NCBI GenBank assembly: GCA_027038235.1
Contig: JALVXV010000116.1
Span: 1-46,689, forward strand
DNA length: 46,689 bases
Source: Campylobacterales bacterium
GTDB taxonomy: Bacteria; Campylobacterota; Campylobacteria; Campylobacterales; JALSKU01
Direction of reading: 5' to 3'
The position numbers and the translations under genes were made by a program. Positions 39,541 to 46,146 of this stretch are shown piece after piece (the stretch's first letter is position 1; every line of letters starts with the position of its first letter). Under the pieces are notes generated by a model. It saw only the letters and a list, made by a program, of their open reading frames with translations. It ran no database searches and had not been told where the DNA came from.

Positions 39541-40356
39541 TTATTTGCCGTATATTTTCAAGCCTGAACGGATATTGTTTAGAGTATATTTATCATCTAT
39601 TGATATATATTTTGTATTTTTAGGAATGTTTAGCTTTAAACTTTTTTTTATCCCATCATTTGAGTAAACATGAAGTATTTTTAAAGCATGATCATAAAAT
39701 ACTATGTATGGATGCCAACTATTTGATGAAAAACTTATGATATGTAGTGTATGTAGTGTACCATCAAGCCCAAGCCAATAACTTTTTATAGGTCTATTAA
39801 GTCTATAGCTTGTATTGGGGGAGATCTTTTTAGATGCTATCTTTGCATTGGTTGTAGATATAAAATAGTGCCAGTTACTCCTATCCTCTTTTTTTATATC
39901 TGTGATAAAACATCCATATTTTTTTAACTCATCAGCTAGTACCACAGGGTCAACAAGATATTCAGTATTCATTTGAATTTCCCAAGAGAAGCTATCATCA
40001 CTCTTTATAGCTCTTTTTGTAATATAAAAATTAAAGCCCATAGAGTTTAAAACATTATTTATAATCTTCAAAAAAAGTAGAGAGTTTCCTTGGGTTGTAA
40101 AAGTTATATTTATGGTATTTACTCTCTCAAGGTCAAGTTTTATAAAGCCATTTTTTTTCAATACTTTTAATAACTTTACTACCTTTATGCTACCATTGCT
40201 TCTATAATACTGTTTTTTATCCCCTAAAAGAATATTGATAATCTTTTTAGTACTATAAAAATTTTTCTCACCAACAAAACTCTTTATCTTCTCATCAATC
40301 ATGCTACCAAACATAGCAGATGTTATAAAAATAAAGGATAAAACTATCTTTACCAA
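39541..40356 (-). CDS. hypothetical secreted/periplasmic protein
   Basis: The 271-aa protein has an N-terminal signal-like hydrophobic segment. I recognise no motif in it. Confidence 0.5.
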   Translation of the reverse strand: MVKIVLSFIFITSAMFGSMIDEKIKSFVGEKNFYSTKKIINILLGDKKQYYRSNGSIKVVKLLKVLKKNGFIKLDLERVNTINITFTTQGNSLLFLKIINNVLNSMGFNFYITKRAIKSDDSFSWEIQMNTEYLVDPVVLADELKKYGCFITDIKKEDRSNWHYFISTTNAKIASKKISPNTSYRLNRPIKSYWLGLDGTLHTLHIISFSSNSWHPYIVFYDHALKILHVYSNDGIKKSLKLNIPKNTKYISIDDKYTLNNIRSGLKIYGK

Positions 40357-41288
40357 TATTTTCCTTTGTTGAGCTTTGTAAACTCTTTTTTATCTATTTG
40401 GGTAATACTCCCATCTTTTACCAAAAATCTCATAGGACTTTTGCTACCAAAATCTAAAATCTCCCCTTTATAAAAAAGTTTAAGCTTTCCATGGCCTGTT
40501 GCAATAAGATAGGAGTCATCTATATCGATAGTTATGTTTGTATCTTTTAGATATGACCTTTTTTTATGATTTTTTAGCTCTATTATACCTATCCATATCT
40601 TACTTTTAGGTACAATTGTCAAAATATTTTTAAAGCTAGTGCTACTATTTTTATCATTTGAACTCTCTTTTTCTAACTGCAAAGATACCTTTTTTGTCTC
40701 ATCTTTTGAAGAGTTTATATCACTATTTATAGCGGTATTACTCTCTTGTTCTTGTGTATCCTCACTACTTGCATTCTCCTCCATCAGATCCGAACTAGGT
40801 TGCAAATCTTTCTCTATACTTTCTTCCTCAACACTCTCTTGAGTAGTATTTGTTTCATCAACTTTAATGCCAGAGATATCCTGAGCCTCTTTAACAACTC
40901 TATTCTCATCCGAAGTTGCTTGACCTAATGAAGTATCTTGCCCCATATTCAAATAGAGTATATACAAAACCCCTGCACCAATCAAAAGAAAAAGTATCAA
41001 AAGTATGAATTTGGAAAATGTTTTAGTAGGAGGCTTTGGTGGCGGTATAAAAAACTCTTTTGTTTTATCCTTGCCATGCTCTTTTAAGTAGCTTAAAAAC
41101 TTCTCTTTTTTATCACTAAGGTCAACTTTATACTCTCTTTCAAGTATTTTGATAAATCCAAGCCCCTTAGTCTTACTTAGCTTATCAAACTCTTCATTTT
41201 TTAAATACTCCAAATCCCTAACATTTAAAAGAGTCCTTTTTGAGACCTCTTTTAAATCCATCTTATCAAAAAAATTCACATCATCCAT
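40350..41288 (-). CDS. RodZ-like cytoskeleton/HTH membrane protein
   Basis: The layout is an N-terminal HTH-like region, a PPPKPP linker, one transmembrane segment, an acidic Ser/Glu-rich spacer and a beta-rich C-terminal domain. I set the start at ATG 41288, which overlaps the upstream TGA (ATGGATGA). Confidence 0.55.
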   Translation of the reverse strand: MDDVNFFDKMDLKEVSKRTLLNVRDLEYLKNEEFDKLSKTKGLGFIKILEREYKVDLSDKKEKFLSYLKEHGKDKTKEFFIPPPKPPTKTFSKFILLILFLLIGAGVLYILYLNMGQDTSLGQATSDENRVVKEAQDISGIKVDETNTTQESVEEESIEKDLQPSSDLMEENASSEDTQEQESNTAINSDINSSKDETKKVSLQLEKESSNDKNSSTSFKNILTIVPKSKIWIGIIELKNHKKRSYLKDTNITIDIDDSYLIATGHGKLKLFYKGEILDFGSKSPMRFLVKDGSITQIDKKEFTKLNKGKYW

Positions 41289-41967
41289 TAGCAATCCTAT
41301 CACATATGATAGCCGAAGCAGCACTCACATTTAAAGAGTCAAACTCTCTGACCATATTTATCGTAATTTTCTCATCCATTTTTGAAACTATTTTATTTGG
41401 AATACCCTCTCCTTCACTACCCAAATATATAGCCTTTTTTTTACCAAATTTAATACCTCTTATATCTCTGCCATCAAGACTAGCACCATAAACTCTAAAA
41501 TTTGCCATTTTTAACTCATTTAATAGATCTAGTGCATTTGGTTCTAGTACAATTGGCATACTCAACATTGCCCCTGCACTACTTCTAATAACTGGCTCCA
41601 ATGAAAAGTTTTTTTGAGCAGTTATAATAACACCATCGACACCAAAAGCATATGCTGATCTTATGATAGCTCCTATATTACCAACATCAGTTATATTGTA
41701 CAAAACCAATAAAAAATCACTGCTATCTTTGATCTCTTTAAAATTAGTAAAATCTATATCTTTAATAGCTAGTAAAAAGCCCTGGTGGTTGCCACCTTTT
41801 GCCATAGCCTGTGCTCTTTTAAAATCTACCCTTACTATCTTTTTTTCAAGATTTTTAAATCTATAAAAGAGCCTTTTATCTATCTCCTTTTGAAGATAAA
41901 TCTCCTCAATAATTTCAGGAAAATTGTCTAAAATATATAAAGATATCTGCTTACCATACACTATCAT
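41281..41967 (-). CDS. SpoU/TrmH-family RNA 2'-O-methyltransferase (RlmB-like)
   Basis: The 228-aa protein has a SpoU-type C-terminal knot region (LGSEGEGI...SLNVSAASAI). Confidence 0.75.
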   Translation of the reverse strand: MIVYGKQISLYILDNFPEIIEEIYLQKEIDKRLFYRFKNLEKKIVRVDFKRAQAMAKGGNHQGFLLAIKDIDFTNFKEIKDSSDFLLVLYNITDVGNIGAIIRSAYAFGVDGVIITAQKNFSLEPVIRSSAGAMLSMPIVLEPNALDLLNELKMANFRVYGASLDGRDIRGIKFGKKKAIYLGSEGEGIPNKIVSKMDEKITINMVREFDSLNVSAASAIICDRIANG

Positions 41968-42008
41968 CTAGTGATTTTATCAAAAAAATATTAAAAAGGC
42001 GATTAAAT

Positions 42009-42112
42009 CGTAACTTGTGATTTGTAAATAATAATTTATAATATTTTAAACTCTTCACAACAAATCACGAATCACGAATCACTAATCACGAATCACTAAT
42101 CACTAATCACGA
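42009..42112. repeat. class C inverted heptamer arrays (CGTAACTTGTGATTTGT - AT-rich loop - ACAAATCACG then 7 units AATCACG/AATCACT)
   Basis: Read directly from the sequence. The last 5 codons and the TAG stop of rsmI are encoded by the right arm. Confidence 0.95.
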
Positions 42113-42911
42113 GTTGTTCATATATCTCTTTTATGCTTTTGCCACTTATTTTGCTTAAAAGTTTTGCTTTTTGTTTTTTTGGAATTTCCAAAGAGATGAT
42201 ATCATTTTGAGTTATATTTGATACCTCTTTTTTTTCACCCTTGATTATGACTACCCACTCCCCTTTTGTATTCTCTTTTTCAAAAATTTTAGCAAGATTT
42301 AAAGCACTATCTTTATACCATTTTTGATGAAGTTTAGTGATCTCTTTTTGTACAAAAAGCTCTCTTTTAGGAGATAAGATTGCTATCTCATTTAAAAGTT
42401 GCCTTATCCTATGGGGAGCCTCATAGAGTATAGTGTTGTAGCTACCATTTAATATATCATTTAAAAGCAATTTTCTCTCTTTGGCTTTATGTGGCAAAAA
42501 TCCAAAAAATAAAAACTCTTTTTGTATAAATCCACTTGCCGCATAAGCTGTAACTGCAGCATTTGCACCAGGCAAAACTTCATACTCTATATCATGCTCT
42601 TGAGCAAATTGTATGAGTTTTGCTCCAGGATCACTAATACAAGGCATTCCAGCATCGCTTAGATATACAACACTCTTTTTAAATATATCTATATCAATAT
42701 TTTTTAGAAAACTATCCTCATTGTGGGAGTGCAAAGAGTAAAATTTCTCTATATTGCATTTAATAGAAAATCTCTCACCAAGAAGAGTTAAAAGCCTTTT
42801 TGTAACTCTTGTATCTTCACAAAAAAGTATATCAGCAGTTGAAAGAACTTCTAAAGCTCTAAAAGTTATATCTTGTATATTACCTATAGGGGTTGGAATA
42901 AGATAAAGCAT
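42096..42911 (-). CDS. rsmI: 16S rRNA (cytidine1402-2'-O)-methyltransferase
   Basis: The tetrapyrrole-methylase-fold N-terminus MLYLIPTPIGN..DIT.RALEVL is present. Length is 271 aa. Confidence 0.85.
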   Translation of the reverse strand: MLYLIPTPIGNIQDITFRALEVLSTADILFCEDTRVTKRLLTLLGERFSIKCNIEKFYSLHSHNEDSFLKNIDIDIFKKSVVYLSDAGMPCISDPGAKLIQFAQEHDIEYEVLPGANAAVTAYAASGFIQKEFLFFGFLPHKAKERKLLLNDILNGSYNTILYEAPHRIRQLLNEIAILSPKRELFVQKEITKLHQKWYKDSALNLAKIFEKENTKGEWVVIIKGEKKEVSNITQNDIISLEIPKKQKAKLLSKISGKSIKEIYEQLVISD

Positions 42912-42916
42912 AATTT

Positions 42917-42934
42917 AGGAGCTAAAAAGCTCCT
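42917..42934 (-). terminator. short hairpin AGGAGC-TAAAAA-GCTCCT between rpmE and rsmI (weak terminator candidate)
   Basis: The stem is a perfect 6 bp. There is no clear U-tract. Confidence 0.25.
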
Positions 42935-42944
42935 TTGGAAGTTT

Positions 42945-43145
42945 TTATTTTAAGTTATATTTTTTCTTAAATTTTTCAACTCTACCTGTTGCATCGACTA
43001 TCTTTTCACTGCCTGTAAAAAATGGATGGCAGACATTGCATATATCTATCCTTATCTCCTGTTTATTTGACATAGTAGTAAAGCTATTTCCACATGCACA
43101 AGTAACATTACACTCAACATACTCTGGATGAATACCCTTTTTCAT
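42945..43145 (-). CDS. rpmE: 50S ribosomal protein L31
   Basis: The 66-aa protein begins MKKGIHPEY and has the C-x-C ... C-x2-C zinc-type motif. Confidence 0.95.
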   Translation of the reverse strand: MKKGIHPEYVECNVTCACGNSFTTMSNKQEIRIDICNVCHPFFTGSEKIVDATGRVEKFKKKYNLK

Positions 43146-43180
43146 TTCAATATTCCTTTAACTATTTTTTCCTCTGAAGT

Positions 43181-43215
43181 AAAAATGCAACAGACCCTCT
43201 AAAAGAGTCTGCTGC
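43181..43215 (-). terminator. Rho-independent terminator candidate downstream of the 43263-43676 gene
   Basis: The minus-strand RNA reads GCAGCAGAC-loop-GUCUGUUGC. This is a 9-bp stem with one G-U pair plus an inner CUCU/AGAG pairing, followed by AUUUUUA. Confidence 0.55.
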
Positions 43216-43262
43216 TATATAGGGGAGGGGAAGTGTAATTATATCAAAATAAATTTACAAAA

Positions 43263-43676
43263 TCAAGACAAGACAAAACCAAAGATAGCAGTAATCAATA
43301 TTATAACGATATCAAATAGATATTTTTTTATGGCAAACTGCCTAAAAAGCTCTTGAGAATTTATATCTTTTACTCTTGTTTTTTTAAATAGTTTATAGAC
43401 TTTAAATGCTCCTATGATAATAGCAATTGAACTAAGGAGCATAAAATATACACTATAATTTGTATGAAATTTAAAAACTGCCAAAATAACAAAACCTGTA
43501 AATATCACTATGCTTAAGTTTAAGTAGTATAGTGGAGTAAAAAATTCAAATTTTTTAGTCATATTTATATACTCTTTACTACTTTTTACAACAAAAAAGC
43601 TAACAATCGCAAACAGTAATGTCAAAAATAGAAAAAATATATGTATCTGTATTGATAAGGAAACTAGCTCATCCAT
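43263..43676 (-). CDS. hypothetical integral membrane protein (4 TM)
   Basis: The 137-aa protein has four hydrophobic helices. It is divergent from the pilin-like operon. Confidence 0.55.
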   Translation of the reverse strand: MDELVSLSIQIHIFFLFLTLLFAIVSFFVVKSSKEYINMTKKFEFFTPLYYLNLSIVIFTGFVILAVFKFHTNYSVYFMLLSSIAIIIGAFKVYKLFKKTRVKDINSQELFRQFAIKKYLFDIVIILITAIFGFVLS

Positions 43677-43799
43677 CCATTGATCCTACAAATTCTAAAA
43701 AAGCTTAAAAAGATCTCTTTTATTGATTTTCTTGACATTATACTTTTAAATTTTTATCTTGTCAATACTCTAATATCACCATTATTGGCTCCCTTGCTT

Positions 43800-43826
43800 T
43801 AAAATTTATCTAACTTTAACCGATAT
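43800..43826 (+). promoter_or_regulatory. sigma-28 (FliA)-type promoter candidate: TAAA-N15-aCCGATAT
   Basis: TAAA lies at 43800-43803 and CCGATAT at 43820-43826. The spacing matches the TAAA-N15-GCCGATAA consensus. The element is 43 nt upstream of ATG 43870, which has a strong AAGGAGG Shine-Dalgarno sequence. Confidence 0.5.
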
Positions 43827-43869
43827 GGGTGTACAATAAATAAAAATAACTGCCACCAAGGAGGAAGTT

Positions 43870-44604
43870 ATGAAAAGAAGCGGTTTTACAATGATAGAGC
43901 TTATTTTTGTTATTGTTATCATAGGAATATTGGCTGCTACTGCACTACCAAAATTTAATGGAGTAAAGGATAGAGCTAAAGTAAATAGCGAATTATCTGC
44001 TTTGGATGGCTTAAATACAGCTATAGTTGTAGAACAAGAGGGTAGATATGATGATTATGGTGATACTGAAGTAAATTGGTATAATTTGCCTGAAGATGAT
44101 GTAAATGGTACCAATATCAAGACAAAATCAGCTAGAGTAGCACTATATAAAAGAGTTAATGATGAAAATAAAGTATTGTCAAAAATTGCTAAAAAAGTAA
44201 ACTCACTAAAGATACAAGGTTTTTCACCTCTAAAAAGTGATGGTACTACAAGTTTTTATGCCCCACTCTACTATGATCCTGTGGTAATTACAGGAAAAGC
44301 TAGTGATCCAATAATTGGTGTAAAATATCCTACAGATCATGATGGTGATGATATACCAGGAAAACCTGATAAAAACGACTTTTGGGTATTTAATCCTTCA
44401 CCTTTTGATTTAGAAATTTATAATAATGATGGCAACAATGTAAATACTGTAACAATAGAATCTGGCACTATAGGTTTAGTTGATGTAAATGGAACAAAAC
44501 CGACAGTATTTTATAATTCTAATGGGATTAGCAAGATCTATTTTAGAGTCAAATCAGGAGATAGCATACTCTCATCACATAGATTTTATGGTATAGACAA
44601 CTAA
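43870..44604 (+). CDS. type IV pilin / pseudopilin-like protein with prepilin N-terminal methylation motif
   Basis: The N-terminus MKRSG|FTMIELIFVIVIIGILAA shows G at -1, F at +1 and E at +5. Length is 244 aa. Confidence 0.85.
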   Translation: MKRSGFTMIELIFVIVIIGILAATALPKFNGVKDRAKVNSELSALDGLNTAIVVEQEGRYDDYGDTEVNWYNLPEDDVNGTNIKTKSARVALYKRVNDENKVLSKIAKKVNSLKIQGFSPLKSDGTTSFYAPLYYDPVVITGKASDPIIGVKYPTDHDGDDIPGKPDKNDFWVFNPSPFDLEIYNNDGNNVNTVTIESGTIGLVDVNGTKPTVFYNSNGISKIYFRVKSGDSILSSHRFYGIDN

Positions 44605-44607
44605 ACG

Positions 44608-45219
44608 ATGAATAGATCAGCCTTTACAATGATAGAGCTTATTTTTGTCATTGTTATCATAGGGATACTAGCCTCTATGGCACTACCTAAATTTGCAGGA
44701 ATAAATGATAGAGCAAAGAAGGCTGCTGAGGTTGCAACTATGTCAGCAGTTGCAACTGCAATAGATGGAGCTCATGGAGAGTGGAGTATCAACGAGGGGG
44801 ATTTTGTATGGGGAAACAATCAAGATAGCAATACCCATCCACTAAATAGTGTAGGATACCCCGATGATCTATCTGCAAATGGACAAACTTTTGGGGCTCT
44901 TTTAAGATCTGCAACAAATGCAGATAAATTTAAAAAGGTTTTTGATAAAAACAGTAGTGATTTTACATTCTCTATATTTACAGGACCTGCTTCTAATGCT
45001 GTAAATGGTGCAAATTATGATAGAGATGCTAAAAATAGCGACATTCCAGGAAAGCCTGATAAGAATGATTATTGGATCTATATCTCATATGCAAACCCAA
45101 ATAAAACTTGCAAAGAGCTATACAGTAACAAAGTAGTTCACTCAGGAGATTTGATTCTTATAGATGTAGATGGAGTAACTTTAACAAAATATAGTGATAT
45201 ATCCATAACCTGCAACTAA
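44608..45219 (+). CDS. type IV pilin / pseudopilin-like protein (paralog), Ala at -1, C-terminal Cys pair
   Basis: The N-terminus is MNRSA|FTMIELIFVIVIIGILAS. It shares DIPGKPDKND[FY]W and L[VI]DV[ND]G blocks with the upstream gene. C-terminal cysteines occur at KTC...ITCN. Confidence 0.85.
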   Translation: MNRSAFTMIELIFVIVIIGILASMALPKFAGINDRAKKAAEVATMSAVATAIDGAHGEWSINEGDFVWGNNQDSNTHPLNSVGYPDDLSANGQTFGALLRSATNADKFKKVFDKNSSDFTFSIFTGPASNAVNGANYDRDAKNSDIPGKPDKNDYWIYISYANPNKTCKELYSNKVVHSGDLILIDVDGVTLTKYSDISITCN

Positions 45220-45244
45220 TCTAACAAAAATTACCACTCAAAAA

Positions 45245-45270
45245 ATTAAGGGGTCGGGGCTAAACTTTTA
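45245..45270 (+). repeat. 26-bp direct repeat copy 1 (ATTAAGGGGTCGGGGCTAAACTTTTA)
   Basis: It matches 46114-46139 at 25 of 26 positions. The core is GC-rich in an AT-rich context. Confidence 0.9.
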
Positions 45271-45362
45271 ACTTTTATCACAAAATTGCATTAGATATAA
45301 GAGCTAGCTTTCAAATATAAAAATATTTTTGATACAATAAACAAAAAAGAGTATGTAGAGTA

Positions 45363-45400
45363 TATTTCAAAGGTAGCTTAGTGGAGTTATCTTTGAAATA
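45363..45400. other. perfect 10-bp inverted repeat TATTTCAAAG-N18-CTTTGAAATA
   Basis: Read directly from the sequence. It is followed immediately by a class B heptamer array. Confidence 0.8.
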
Positions 45401-45402
45401 CA

Positions 45403-45424
45403 AAGCTCTAAGCTCTTAGCTTTT
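45403..45424. repeat. class B heptamer array (AAGCTCT AAGCTCT TAGCTTT)
   Basis: Read directly from the sequence. It lies 16 nt upstream of ATG 45440. Confidence 0.85.
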
Positions 45425-45439
45425 AAAACGAGAGGTTGC

Positions 45440-45682
45440 ATGATGAGAAATGATGATGAGTTGATTTTTGAGATGGAAGATTATGCTTATTTGTATGAAT
45501 GGTTTTTTGGAGTAATACTGGCAATGATCTTATTTTTACTTCTTTACTTTAACACAATACATGGAATTAATAAATCATTTGCTTATATAGCAATAATTTA
45601 TACAGTAGTTTCTAGCATAAGAAAATTTTATGAATTTTTCATTGAAAAAAATAAAAACTATTTTTTTATAAACATAAAATAG
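45440..45682 (+). CDS. small hypothetical membrane protein; probably the 5' part of a split gene
   Basis: The 80-aa protein has transmembrane helices. The frame ends just after a T7 tract (45661-45667). Confidence 0.45.
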   Translation: MMRNDDELIFEMEDYAYLYEWFFGVILAMILFLLLYFNTIHGINKSFAYIAIIYTVVSSIRKFYEFFIEKNKNYFFINIK

Positions 45683-46059
45683 AAAGAAGTAATAAAAAAA
45701 TCAAAATAAAAATAAATGATATAAAGGAAATTTATAAAATTTCATCTATATATTTCTTATCTTTTAATGGCATAAAAAGACTAAATAAATTTAGAATAAT
45801 TTTATCTATTGTATTATTTTCATGGCTTTTTATTCCGTCGCTATTATTATTAAATATAATATTATCAATTTATTATAAAAAAATAGCAATACAAAAAGTA
45901 TTAGTTACCATAGGAAAAACTGATAATGAAGTGATAATAATTCCTATCCCATATCACGACAAAGAAAAATATGAAAAGTTAAGCAACTACTTCAAGGTCT
46001 ATCTAAATACAGATATCAACAATTTACAAACAAAATATTTCATACCGCAAAAAGGATAA
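45655..46059 (+). pseudogene. start-less ORF in the -1 frame, continuing the 45440 ORF if the T7 tract were T8
   Basis: My translation gives 134 open codons (KLFFYKHKIERSNKKIKIKINDIKEIYKISS...FRIILSIVLFSWLFIPSLLLLNIILSIYY...IPIPYHDKEKYEKLSNYFKVYLNTDINNLQTKYFIPQKG*). There is no ATG, GTG or TTG until codon 91. Confidence 0.4.
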
Positions 46060-46113
46060 AACTTAACAGATGTACACTTTACAGAAAAATAGGCAAAAGA
46101 GTTTTTAAAAGAT

Positions 46114-46139
46114 ATTAAGGGGTCGGGGATAAACTTTTA
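46114..46139 (+). repeat. 26-bp direct repeat copy 2 (ATTAAGGGGTCGGGGATAAACTTTTA)
   Basis: It matches 45245-45270 at 25 of 26 positions. It ends 7 nt before the fic stop codon. Confidence 0.9.
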
Positions 46140-46146
46140 GGTTTTG

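Noticed and set aside
1997-41866. Other antisense ORFs appear in the track, for example 1997-2302, 3842-4057, 10220-10468, 19408-19719, 24961-25224, 31140-31523, 33341-33763, 36185-36562, 39115-39537 and 41240-41491.
   Set aside because: Each overlaps a longer ORF on the opposite strand that has clear family motifs. None has recognisable motifs or an RBS context.
43221-43233. The G-runs AGGGGAGGGGAAG, and GGGGTCGGGG in the direct repeats, could form G-quadruplexes.
   Set aside because: Each site has only two G-tracts, and four are needed for an intramolecular quadruplex.
43787-43798. TTGGCTCCCTTGCTT upstream of the pilin-like operon looked like a sigma-54 (-24 GG / -12 GC) promoter.
   Set aside because: The GG and GC dinucleotides are separated by 7 nt instead of the required 10 nt, so the spacing is wrong for RpoN.
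45371-45400. AGGTAGCTTAGTGGAGTT resembles a tRNA D-arm (TAGCTCAGTTGG-like).
   Set aside because: No acceptor stem, 7-nt anticodon loop or T-arm can be built around it. It is simply the loop of a 10-bp AT-rich inverted repeat.
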